Assembly (NCBI RefSeq): GCF_964188315.1
Contig: NC_135658.1
Location: forward strand, 3,224,001-3,288,000
Reading direction: 5' to 3'
Length of the DNA: 64,000 bases
Source: Podarcis muralis
Taxonomy: Eukaryota
Shown: in pieces, positions 48,654-59,419 of the stretch
Layout: every line of letters starts with the position of its first letter
Position numbering within the stretch: the first letter of the stretch is position 1
Made by a program: the position numbers and the translations under genes
Notes under the pieces: model-generated
Told to the model about the DNA's origin: nothing
The model's input: the letters and a program-made list of their open reading frames with translations, nothing else
Databases searched by the model: none

Positions 48654-49751
48654 ATGGAACCTCCCCAGCCAGACGCTCCCAACGCCTCCTTCTACCAGCC
48701 TTCCGTGCTCCTCCTGATGGGCATCCCTGGAATGGGCAGGAGCCACCATAGACTCATCTCCATCCCCTTCTGCTTGCTTTACTTTGTGGCCCTCTTGGGG
48801 AACTGCATCATCCTGTTCATCATTGGCAGAACGACCAGTCTCCATGAGCCCATGTATTACTTCCTCTCCATGTTGGCCCTCATGGACCTGGGCCTGGTGC
48901 TGTGCACCCTCCCGACCACGCTAGGCATCTTCTGGTTCGACGCCAGGGCGATTGGCTTTGATGCCTGCCTCACCCAGATGTATTTCATCCATGTCGTCTC
49001 CATGCTGGAATCCTCAGTGCTGCTGGCCATGGCCTTTGACCGCTTTGTGGCCATCTCACGCCCCCTGAGGTACAAAGCCATCTTGACCAAGCCAACCATT
49101 CTCAAGATAGGCCTGGCCATGTTGGTGAGGGCGGCCGTCGCCCTGCTCCCGATCCCTTTTCTGCTCAGGAGGCTGACGTACTGCAGCAACAACAGCCTCT
49201 CCCACTCCTTTTGCTTGCATCCTGACATCATGAAGCTGGCCTGCAAAGACGTTGACATCAGCGTCAATGTTCTGTATGGTTTAATCATCATTCTTTCAAC
49301 AGCTGGCATAGATTCGCTCCTCATTGTGCTGTCTTATTTCCTGATCATCAGGACTGTCATCAAGGTGGGTCCCAAGGGGAAGTGCCTGAAGGCTTTGAAT
49401 ACCTGTGTCTCTCACATCTGCGCGGTCCTCATTTTTTTCATCCCCATGATTGGCCTATCCATCATCCATCGATTTGGCAACGGTGTGGACCCGCTTGTAA
49501 AAGCCATGGTCGCCTACGTCTACCTGATCGTGCCCCCCGCTTTGAACCCTATCATTTACAGTATTAAATCCAAGCAGATCCGGAAAGCCATCTGGAAGCT
49601 GTTGCTTTGGAAGATGGAGCGGAGAGGTGAAGCAGTAACTGTTTCAGTTCAGTTCAGCCGTTGTGAAACTAGCCATGATGCGGTTCCCTGGACAGTTTTG
49701 TACCCTGTGGAGCTGCCTGCACAGATTTTGCAAAGGAAACCAGCACAATGA
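48654..49751 (+). CDS. Class I olfactory receptor, family 51, 365 aa with an extended C-terminus
   Basis: LHEPMYYFLSML, MAFDRFVAISRPLRY, HSFCLHPDIMKLAC, KALNTCVSH, PPALNPIIYSIKSKQIR. Splice acceptor ttccattccAG at 48628. Confidence 0.93.
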   Translation: MEPPQPDAPNASFYQPSVLLLMGIPGMGRSHHRLISIPFCLLYFVALLGNCIILFIIGRTTSLHEPMYYFLSMLALMDLGLVLCTLPTTLGIFWFDARAIGFDACLTQMYFIHVVSMLESSVLLAMAFDRFVAISRPLRYKAILTKPTILKIGLAMLVRAAVALLPIPFLLRRLTYCSNNSLSHSFCLHPDIMKLACKDVDISVNVLYGLIIILSTAGIDSLLIVLSYFLIIRTVIKVGPKGKCLKALNTCVSHICAVLIFFIPMIGLSIIHRFGNGVDPLVKAMVAYVYLIVPPALNPIIYSIKSKQIRKAIWKLLLWKMERRGEAVTVSVQFSRCETSHDAVPWTVLYPVELPAQILQRKPAQ

Positions 49752-49844
49752 TTGACAACTCCACCGAATTGCAAAAAGAGCTGAAGCAAATTGGGAGATC
49801 AGAACGTGTCACTGTGAAGCTGGCACTGTCTTCCACCTGAAGGG

Positions 49845-50157
49845 CTCTCACTGGGAATATGGAGCAAGCTTGTTTTCTGTTGCTCCACAGGCGAGGACAA
49901 GAACCCACAGGTCCAAATGACAAGAAAGACTCCGACTAAACACTAGGAAGAACTTTCTGATGCTAAGAGCCATTCAACAGTGGAACAGACTCCCTGGTGG
50001 ACAGATGGTGGACTCTCGTTCCTTGGAGGTTTTGAAGCAGAGTTTGGAGGGTTGTCTGTCGTGGATGCTCTAGCTGTGATTCCTGCATTGCAGGGGGCTG
50101 GACTAGATGACCCCTGGGGTCCATTCCAACTCTGCAATTCTACGATTCCATGATTCT
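49845..50157 (+). mobile_element. CR1 LINE 3' fragment
   Basis: Ends CCAACTCTGCAATTCTACGATTCCATGATTCTGTG. Confidence 0.82.
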
Positions 50158-51129
50158 GTGAAGCATACCTTCAATTCAACACCAAACTGTAGCAGTCGCA
50201 ATGCTTCTCACTTAGGTGCATCAAGGCAGTTTTTCTGTTTTGTATTTAGGTTCTGATTTATGTCTTGAGAAGTGAAAAATGTGCCAAACTTTGTATTTTG
50301 GGTAGATTAAACCAATTAATCTTTGGCTGTGTCTCACACAATGCTTTGGAACACACTTTTACTGTACTGCCATGGCCAAGGTTTTCAAAGGGGTCTTTGA
50401 ACATTTCTCTGGAGCCAACCCAATCCAGAGATAAGGGAACAAATCACAGAAGGGAGAGAAAACACAGTGTCAGTGAAATCTGCTTCCGGGTGCATAAAGC
50501 AAGGTGTCTCTGGGTCAGATTATCACACACCTGCATAGACAAGTGAAGTCTGGCTCACATAAGAGGCGACATGCCTCACAGCCCACAACTGGCCACGTCA
50601 CTGCTATTTCCTGTGTTGTCATCAGTAGGTCAAGTGCCACCTTTACCTGTTGCCTAGAATGGACATCCAGGGGAACGTGGCTCCAAACAGGGAGGATTTC
50701 TTGCAGTACCTGTTGGGAGCAACCTCCTTCTGACTATGACCAGGTCGATGGGCGTGACCCTACCTGGTGCAAATAAAAGGGCCGGGCACATGGCTATCTC
50801 CCTCTTACCTGCTTCTCCCTTTCATCCTTCTGGATCTCCACTGCTCCTGGCTCTTAGCCAGCGCATGGCTCATCCTTTACAAAGGACGGAGCCCACAAGT
50901 AGCAAGTCTGAGATTTAGCACAGACTTCATTTTCTCTACAGATGAAACTGTATGAAGCCTGCCTTCAGATTACGGCTTGTTGTTTTCAAGAAGTCTGTGT
51001 TGTGTTATTCTCATTTTAAGAGGGGGGGGGGAGGGGAAAATTTACCAGGAAGTTTACCACTTTGCACAAGGCAGACTGGATTGCTTAATTAAAAGATTCT
51101 AATGAGTCATCAACTGCTTCCAACAAGTT

Positions 51130-51458
51130 TGAAATATACTCAGAGTCCTGTAGTGATTTCATGCTCTTTATTGCAGCTTGTAAAACAGTGATTGAATTGC
51201 CCCCCCCCAACCTCAGGTTTTTTATACATTATTTACCCAATGAGTCCTGTCTGATTGGCTGATTCTGCTTCCCTCCTGGAGCCTGATTGGTGTTTTCCTG
51301 CAGGCCAATCAGTTGTTGCATTCTAGGATCCTACCAGCCTAATAGGCTGGTTAACTTCTTCCTGCAGCCTGATTGGTCTTCTCCTGCAAGCCAATCAGTT
51401 GTTGCATTCTAGGATCCTACCAGCCCATTGTTCTAGGATCCAAGGTTAGTACATTACA
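51130..51458 (-). mobile_element. Solo LTR (329 bp), same family as 1517-1814
   Basis: TGTAATGTAC...TATATTTCA on the minus strand, 5-bp TSD AAGTT on both sides, multiple CCAAT boxes, and the shared AATAAAGAGCATGAAAT. Confidence 0.9.
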
Positions 51459-51769
51459 AAGTTGCAAGGGAATGTTGCAAGGGAACTAGCATGAGTGAGG
51501 AGGGATCATATCAAAACAATAAACCCTCTCCTACCTTCCTAAACCTTCCCACACAATGAGCCAGTGGGATTGCTTCCTCTTGCCTTGGATGGAAGAGGCT
51601 GGGACCCCTGAAGACCCCTGAGTATCTTGGAGTGAGCCCTGAATGTGTGGGGGTCCACTGGAGAACTCTCCTCATCCACGTTTATATAACCAGGGAAAGG
51701 GTCTGGGTCGTGCATAACAGAGAGCCTGTGTGGGGCCATGGTGAGAGTATTGACCCTGGGAAATCAGGC

Positions 51770-52176
51770 CAGGGGTCTGCAACCTTTAAGACAAAAAGAG
51801 CCACTTGGACCCGTTTCCGAAGAAAAAAACAACCTGGGAGCCGCAAAACCATTGCGACATGTATGTTTAATGTATGTAGAGTTTGGTGTCAGCGTTGCTT
51901 GTGTTGTTCACTTGTGTTCCTTTGGTTGTTAAAACAAATATATCTCCGGAGCCGCGATCTGACAGCGGGCGGGAAGGTGACGTCGGGACGGTGCGTGACT
52001 AACGCACGCACCGCCCCCATGCGATGTCACAGCCAGTACAGCGCCCGCCACAGTGGGGAGTGTCGGGGCGCACAAAAGGAATGCGCCTCCTCCCCTCGCT
52101 AGTATCCGCCCCGGAGCCGCGGCAAAGGTGTAAAAGAGCCATATGCGGCTCCGGAGCCGCGGGTTGCAGACCCCTG
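51770..52176. mobile_element. hAT-like MITE, CpG-rich
   Basis: Perfect 15-bp TIR CAGGGGTCTGCAACC / GGTTGCAGACCCCTG. The 8-bp flanks match only in the last 4 nt. Confidence 0.85.
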
Positions 52177-52479
52177 CCCTAGGCCAACCCCAACCTCTCT
52201 CACCACCAAAGGAACACAAGTGAACAACACAAGCAACGCTGACACCAAACTCTACATACATTAAACATAATAGAAACACCGACACCACCCCTATCCATCT
52301 TCCCTCTCTCCACCCCCCCCTTTCTCTTTTCTTTTCTTTTCTTTTTCTTCTCCCCCTAATGCCTCAACAAATGAAACGGATTTGTAAAAATGTTACTTAA
52401 AAAAAAAAATACGAGGCACTACACTTCTGTAAAACAAGAAAATCCTTAATAAAATATTAAAAACAAAACAAAACAGGCG

Positions 52480-52886
52480 AAGGCGAGCATTGCAACCGTG
52501 AGAAAAGGAGCTCAGCTCTGTTTGCAGGAGAAGCCGGGACCCCCCGCTGAGAGCAGAGCGAAAGTGTCGATTCCAAGCGGATACAATGTATCTGGTCTTG
52601 GCCCAATGTTAGCCTATGGGGAAACTCCAGAAGGAAAGGAAAGCAGGAAGCGTCCCCCAAAAGCATCTCTGGAAGTGTGAAATGCGCGCAAGAGAGAAAA
52701 ACGCGGAGGGGGCAGCTGGGCACGCTGGGCTTTGCAAGGGTTAAAGAGAACTGAGCTGCCTTCCTAGAGAGGCCAGGAAGCAAGGGGGGGCAGATCCTCC
52801 AGAGCCAAGGCCCCTCCCTCCCCAGTCCTTTCCTGCTTCGGTGTCTCTCCTGCAAGGGCTGCCTCGCTCTCCCCTCCTGGGATCTG
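52480..52886 (+). promoter_or_regulatory. GC-rich promoter and probable non-coding exon 1 of the ZNF gene
   Basis: CpG-containing region with CCAAT, GGAAGT (ETS-like) and TGCGCGCA (NRF1-like). Consensus donor CTG|GTGAGT at 52886/52887. Confidence 0.5.
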
Positions 52887-53955
52887 GTGAGTCTCCTCTC
52901 TCTCCCCCCAGAGGGTGCAGTGGGGAGACGGTGGGGGGGTCCCAGGGCTGCAGCAGGGGAGGGTGCATGGGGGGGGGGCCGGATCTGCTCCTGCAGGGGG
53001 GGGGGACCCCAAGTCAGGGAGGAGAGGGTCCTGCCAGGGAGGGGCCAGCTCTGCAACGCTCTCCTTCCTGCAGATCAGAGGATCCCAAACTCATTTGGCT
53101 TTTCAGAAAAAAACTGACTCCCCCGAAATCTCCCTTCTTTAAACAAAGGAGTCGTTAGGACTTTAACTCGCTCAGCATCATTGACACAAACGAGAGAACA
53201 TGTGCAAATGGCTTTCCAAAGCTGGATGAGGAGGTGGACTAGCGCCCCACCCCACCCCCCCAAAAAACCCCACGGGGAGGAAGGAAGGAAAGGTGGGAGA
53301 GGAAGGCCAGGAATAAAGAGAGGGATCCCAGCCCAGAGTCTGGCTGCTGCATTGGGGACCAGTTTCCCAGTGTCTCCCAGGGCAGCTCCCCACAGAGGCC
53401 ACTGCAGCAATCCCCTCGCACCCAGAGCATGGCATCCCAGGACCACATCCTCTCTGTCCCAAAGGGATTGTTGCTGGAAAACCAGCCAAGCCGGAAATGG
53501 GCGCTGCTACTCACTGAGCCTCCAGGGACCTGGGCATCAGTGGCTGTGTGTGTGTTGAGCTATCTAATAGAATAATAGTAATAAATTAGCTGCCTAAATT
53601 TCAAGGGAGGTGTCTTTGGCCACGTCCACTTCTCCCTCAGTGGGTTAATCAGATGCATACCTGGCCCTCAGAGCAAAGGATAAGGGACCCCACCCAGGAG
53701 TCTGTCTTGAGAGCGGCAGAGAGTCCAAGTGCAAGAAAAGGAGACAGAAGCAGGGGGGTGGGGGTGGGGGAAGAAACTCCTGTAGACCCACGGGTGAGGA
53801 CCCCCACTAGAGCCAAGCATCCATTTTTCAAATGACTCCCTTGCCAGTCAGTTCTGACTTCATGCATTGACTGGAAGGCAGGAGCAACCAGGCTTCTTCA
53901 TCTCCCAGAAATCCCTCCAGTTGCCTCCACATTTTGCATTGCAATCTTCCTTCTA

Positions 53956-54099
53956 NNNNNNNNNNNNNNNNNNNNNNNNNNNNNNNNNNNNNNNNNNNNN
54001 NNNNNNNNNNNNNNNNNNNNNNNNNNNNNNNNNNNNNNNNNNNNNNNNNNNNNNNNNNNNNNNNNNNNNNNNNNNNNNNNNNNNNNNNNNNNNNNNNNN
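53956..54099. other. Assembly gap (144 N)
   Basis: Run of N upstream of the SCAN exon. Confidence 0.99.
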
Positions 54100-54312
54100 A
54101 TGGTTTGGGCTGTAGTGCAGTTCAGCCCTTGTTCCTAGCAAGAAGCATCCATGCTTGCTCAGGGAACCATTTCCCCCCTGTCCTACAAATTCTGTAACAG
54201 AACAATGTATTTGCTTTGTAGGATTTGATAGAGCTTCTCATTAAGACGGACAGAACTTGGCAGAAGATCAAGGGGTTCCTTCTCATCTCTCAGAGGCTTC
54301 CTAAGAGCATAG

Positions 54313-54705
54313 ATGGATGACGAAGACTCAGTTGGCCCTGAAGCAGAAAGAGGCCAAACTGGGAGCAGTGGGAGATTCTGGGAAAACTCTGTGCAGAAGA
54401 TCTTGGGTGAGGAGGACACCCTCCACTCAGAGGTGCAGAGCCAGCAGGTGAGGCAGTTCTGCTGCCAGGAGGCCAAAGGACCCCGAGAGGTTTGCAGCCG
54501 ACTCTACCACCTTGACCGTCAGTGGCTGAAGCCAGAAAGGCACACGAAAGCTGAGATGCTGGACCTGGTGATCTTGGAGCAGTTCCTCGCTGTCCTTCCC
54601 CTGGAGATGGAGAGCTGGGTGAGGGACTGTGGAGCGGAGACCAGTTCCCAGGCGGTGGCCCTGGCCGAAGGTTTCCTCCTGAGTCAGGCAGAGGAGAGAA
54701 AGCAG
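54313..54705 (+). CDS. SCAN-KRAB-C2H2 zinc-finger gene, coding exon 1 (SCAN domain). Full CDS join(54313..54705,54912..54993,59290..59372,60604..60730,61291..62459) = 617 aa
   Basis: [46 protein letters not shown]. Acceptor at 54221, donor CAG|GTGAG. The exon lengths sum to 1854 nt with all phases compatible. Confidence 0.92.
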
Positions 54706-54911
54706 GTGAGAGAGACTTTCCTCTGGATACTCCCAAGGGGCTCCAAACAGGATGGAGAACATCCCATAATGCTCTACTGTTGGCCCATTCTTTTTCTGGG
54801 AAGCCATCCATGGAATGAGATCTAACACCCTTAAAGCTTCTGTCTTTGTCATTCTCTTTCTAACATTTCTCGCCATTCATTCTCTGTTTTGAATCCTTGT
54901 TGCTCTTTCAG

Positions 54912-54993
54912 GGAAAGGATCATTTTGCAGAAATGGACCCGGATTCCTGTGAGGCAGAGAGGCCTCCGTTGGACACCAGAGAGAGGCCACTGG
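54912..54993 (+). CDS. ZNF coding exon 2 (linker GKDHFAEMDPDSCEAERPPLDTRERPL)
   Basis: tctttcAG acceptor and G|GTAAGG donor, phase 0 to 1. Typical squamate post-SCAN linker. Confidence 0.75.
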
Positions 54994-56330
54994 GTAAGGA
55001 GGAAGGAGTATTTTTCTGTTGGTTTTTCAACTAATCTGTGGATTCTTTTCATCTTGGTGTCTTTTGGGGCAGGGGACAGTGCTGCAGATATGTGGGATTG
55101 TTACATGTCACATGTCTATTTATATTCCAGCACTGATTATTGGGTCTTGTGAGCAGAAAGGGAGATACGCTGTTTCTGCTCTGTATTGCTTTTGCAGTTT
55201 TCTCTCCGAGGAAGAAAGACAGAGAGAGAAGCCATGTTTTTCTTTGTTCTGTTAGGTTTGTTTTTATGGGCAATAAATTAGGCTTAGATGTTACTCCTCA
55301 CGGCTAAGCTTCTGTTTGAACTCTGCTACTTGTGTGCTCATGTCCCTGGAGATGGGCCACATCAGCGTGACGGCAGACCGGAGTGATGGATCCGGGGCAA
55401 CGCTGCATTGCGGAGGAGGGAGCAGCCTCGGCATTATCACCCAACAGACAGTTGGGAACAGGAGTCCAGAGGAAGGGAGATGTCTTTTTGCCCAACTAAC
55501 TTATGAAATGGGCGCAAATGTCCAAATGCTTGGACTTCCGGGTTAGCGCAATCGGCTAATGGCGGATTCCCTCCGAGCTCCGGAGGGAATCTGCTCGACG
55601 GGGGCTGGGTCTTGCCGTGCCGGCGACACGGGGACCCTTAAAAACCATGGGCGCGAATGCCCGTGGACGTGGTCACTCGGCGGGCACCGTTAGCGCCCTC
55701 CCGACCCGCGAAGGAGCCTTTTTAAAGGCTATGGAACGGGTGACGGGGAGCGGCGTGGTGCTGTGAGTCCTCTGCTTCCCCTGCTGAGTGAAGCCGCATG
55801 CCATTTGTCGGAGAGCGCTGACTTCTTCCTTTTAAAATTCGGACTTAAAATCAAGAATAACAACCCGTGAGTAATTTGGAACTGAACTTAAATTATTTCG
55901 TTTATGGATTTGGTACGAGCGGGGGAGGTGAAAAGAGGAAGTCCATCTCCCCCCCATTGTAAACAGTTTAACAGCAAGGATCTGCCAACTAAGGTTGTGA
56001 GAAGAGCTATCTGTTACTTTTTGTGATTGGATAAAAGATACTAATTCCACGGATTTAAAAAGACTAAGTTATTGTGCTGGAGGGCAAGAGTTTATTTGTT
56101 TTGACCAAGTACCACTTTTCTCGAGACCGGGAGTAACCCGTGAAAAGAGCCTGTTGAGGATTTACAGGAAGCTTTTGACAGCTGTCAAATTAGCTGTCAA
56201 AGTCCGGAAAAACTGAAAGCTTTAATTTTAGCCGGTTATTTTGCTACAAAGTAATGAAAGTAAAGGAAGATTGATACAAACAAAATTGACTTTTGGGTCG
56301 GAAGTGAAAGGAATACTAAGTAACTAGAAT

Positions 56331-58113
56331 AATAATAAATAATAATAAATTTTATTTATATCCCGCCCTCCCCAGCCGAAGCTGGGCTCAGGGCGGCTAA
56401 CAACAATCAAAATAATCCGACATTCTAAAAACATTCATTATAAAATTAATTAAATCAAATTAAGATCAAATTAATGGCAACCATCAAGCAAAATTCTGTG
56501 CAGATTGCCGATTGCCAGAGGAGGGGGTCAGGCTGCGCCCTGACCAAAGGCCTGGTGGAACAGCTCTGTCTTGCAGGCCCTGCAGAAGGATGTCAGGTCC
56601 TGCAGGGCCCTGGTCTCTTGTGACAGAGCGTTCCACCAGATTGGAGCCGCGGCCGAGAAGGCCCTGGCTCTAGTTGAGGCCAGCCTAACCTCTCTGTGGC
56701 CCGGGATCTTTAGGATGTTTTTATTTGCAGACCGTAAATTTCTCTGTGGGACATACCAGGAGAGGCGGTCCCGTAGGTACGAGGGTCCTAGGCCGTATAG
56801 GGCTTTAAAGGTTAAAACCAGCACCTTAAACCTGATCCTGTACTCCATCGGGAGCCAGTGCAGCTGGAATAATACCGGATGGATATGATCTCGCAGTGAG
56901 GACCCCATAAGGAGTCTCGCTGCGGCATTCTGCACCTGCTGGAGTTTCTGGGTCAGTCTCAAGGGCAGCCCCATGTAGAGCGAGTTACAATAATCCAGTC
57001 TGGAGGTGACCGTCGCATGGATCACAGTGGCTAGGTCAGGGCGAGAGAGATAAGGAGCCAACTGCTTAGCTTGGCGGAGATGAAAAAATGCCGCCTTTGT
57101 TATAGCTGTAATCTGCGCCTCCATAGAGAGGGAGGTATCGAAGATTACACCCAAACTCTTAACGGACAATGCTGGCACTAATTGCACCCCCGCAAGAGAT
57201 GGGAGTTGCCCCCTCAATCCCATATCGCTCCGTCCCAGCCAGAGGACCTCTGTCTTCGAAGGATTTAACTTCAACCGGCTCCCACGTAACCATCCAGCCA
57301 CAGCTTCCAGACATCTGGTCAGTGTATCTGGGGCCGAGTCAGGATGGCCGTCCATCAACAGATAGAGTTGGGTGTCATCGGCATACTGATGGCAACCCAG
57401 CCCAAAACTCCGGACAAGCTGGGCGAGGGGGCGCATAAAGATGTTAAAAAGCATCGGGGAGAGAATCGCACCCTGAGGCACTCCACACACCAAGGAGTGG
57501 CGCGATGACAATTCCCCCCCACGCGCCACCCTCTGTCCCCGACCAGAGAGAAACGAGCGCAGCCATTGAAGGACTGTGCCCTGGATCCCCACGTCGGCAA
57601 GGCGGTGGTCCAGGAGTTCGTGATCGACCATGTCGAAGGCTGCTGACAGGTCTAGAAGAATCAGCAGCCCCGACCCGCCTCGATCCAGCTGCCTGCGGAG
57701 ATCATCTGTTAGGGCGACCAGAGCCGTCTCGGTCCCATGACCAGCGCGGAAGCCGGACTGGAATGGATCGAGAGCCGATGTTTCATCCAGAAACCTACCA
57801 AGCTGTTCAGCAACCGCTCTCTCAATCACCTTACCCAGGAACGGAAGATTCGAAACCGGGCGGTAATTGGATAGATCTAAAGGATCTAATGATGTTTTCT
57901 TTAAGAGCGGACGCACCACTGCCTCCTTCAGTTCCCCTGGGAATATCCCGGTGCCAAGGGACAAATTGATGATATCACCCAGGGGGGCCCGCACCTCGTC
58001 TGGACACGCTCTAATCAGCCAAGACGGGCACGGGTCAAGAGGACAGGTGGTGGGCTTTCCAGATTGGAGGAATCTGTCCACATCGGCTCTAGAGGGGATT
58101 CACGGACATTACA
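56331..58113 (-). mobile_element. Young 5'-truncated L2 LINE with an uninterrupted RT reading frame (56528-58081, 517 codons)
   Basis: Contains NYRPVSNLPFLGK, QSGFRAGHGTETAL, GVPQGAILSP, YADD and SRLDYCN with no stop or frameshift. (AAT)n tail and a possible AGAAT TSD. Confidence 0.93.
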
Positions 58114-58116
58114 AGA

Positions 58117-58629
58117 ATGGAAATAGGTCGGGAAATACGAGCTGAGTTGCAAGTGCTGGTCGTTCTCATGGGAAAGCTGCGAGAGATGTATGAGCAAGGT
58201 CATGTTTTGTCTACAAGCCCTACAAAGTCGAAATCAACAGAAAATATAGCTACTGAGATGGAAAAGGGCTTGATGTTTAAAACACGGGCAGCAGGACAAG
58301 AAAAGAAACCAAAGAAGGAAGAGGAGGAAAAGATACCTGCTAAACAAGGGGCGGCCGAAATGATACAGAAGACAAATGAGAGCCGAAGATCTATCAAGAC
58401 GATCTTAAACCCGATCAGAGTGAAAGTTGGACTAGTTGGGATGTATGAACTTAAGAAACAGAGCTGGAGCTTCACCTCTAAACAACTAGGTCTGGTTGAA
58501 AGAATCACTGCCAGTATTGAGAAAGTACCTTTTCGAGTTTGGATATTTAATATAAGAGATTTCCAAAGAAGCCGGCTGAGAGGGATTGAAAGGGACTTGA
58601 GAGCCTCGGACGTAAGGTCACCAGGCTAA
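58117..58629 (+). CDS. 170-aa Lys/Glu-rich ORF inside the non-autonomous element, function unknown
   Basis: ATG in strong context (AGAATGG) with an open frame to TAA. No motif recognised. Confidence 0.3.
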   Translation: MEIGREIRAELQVLVVLMGKLREMYEQGHVLSTSPTKSKSTENIATEMEKGLMFKTRAAGQEKKPKKEEEEKIPAKQGAAEMIQKTNESRRSIKTILNPIRVKVGLVGMYELKKQSWSFTSKQLGLVERITASIEKVPFRVWIFNIRDFQRSRLRGIERDLRASDVRSPG

Positions 58630-59289
58630 AAAGATAGACTAATGGCTTTTGGTCTGGGGCTGAAACCGGGGAGGGAAAAGGAGGGTTTGGGAGCCCAAAG
58701 AGGGCCTGATTCTCACTATGCAGTGTAAAATTTTTTACGTCATTTATTACTACTAAAATGGGGAATTCGTGGATGGGAACTAGGGACAACCTTAGGAAAA
58801 GTACTCTTTTTCTGTTTTCTTTTGCCCTTCTATCCCTTTTATATATGACTAAGGTATACAACTTAAATGTTATTGATTAAACTGAAGTAAATATAATAAT
58901 GAAATAATGGTTAAACTGATTATAAAGAAACGTATTAACAATATATGGTTAAGACACTAAGGTTAAAAACTTGCTGAACAAAATATTGGAAGTGGAATAC
59001 AAGAAGGGGAGGTGTGGGGAAGTCAAGAAAAGAAGCTACTGAAAAGGAGATTCAAAAGGTGGAATTTTCTTCTTTTTTTTTGGTTGTGTGTGTTTTCTAT
59101 GTTTTTTGTTTTATTCTTTGTACCTTTTAGAAATGATAATAAAGATTATTTTTTTAAAAAAAGCAAATGTCCAAATGCTCTCAGCAGGTGAGGCTTTCTC
59201 AAAGGCCCATCTGTAGTTAGAGATGCCCTGTTTCACCTGTGAGAGAAGCAGGCACTCCTGGCGTCTTGCTTACACTTTTTCTCTTGCAG

Positions 59290-59372
59290 GTGACAGAATG
59301 ATGCCGGCAAGACCTCCTGATCCGCCTTTTCATGGGGGCAGAAGGGAAGCAGCGGCTGTGGAACCAGATCAG
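59290..59372 (+). CDS. ZNF coding exon 3 (linker DRMMPARPPDPPFHGGRREAAAVEPDQ)
   Basis: ctcttgcAG acceptor and CAG|GTCAGG donor, phase 1 to 0. Confidence 0.78.
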
Positions 59373-59419
59373 GTCAGGGGAAGCTGCCTTGAGCGGACAG
59401 AGGCCGAGGGATGGAGTAA

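Larger units (their letters stand above)
55531..59162 (+). mobile_element. L1-like non-autonomous retroelement (about 1.85 kb without the nested L2) in ZNF intron 2
   Basis: 17-bp TSD GCAAATGTCCAAATGCT at 55514-55530 and 59163-59179. 5' GGACTTCCGG..AATGGCGG in a CpG-rich head; AATAAA and poly(A) at the 3' end. Confidence 0.78.

Noticed and set aside
26860-53010. Many G or C homopolymers of 10 nt or more (possible G-quadruplexes)
   Set aside because: Scattered, often at repeat edges, and length is unreliable in assemblies.
52457-53056. 199-aa minus-strand ORF and other ORFs at 52.4-53.6 kb
   Set aside because: Pro/Gly/Arg-rich translations of a GC-rich promoter with few stops.
56528-58081. 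517-aa RT ORF as an active or domesticated gene
   Set aside because: 5'-truncated L2 with no endonuclease or promoter and a GTG pseudo-start. An intact frame reflects youth only.
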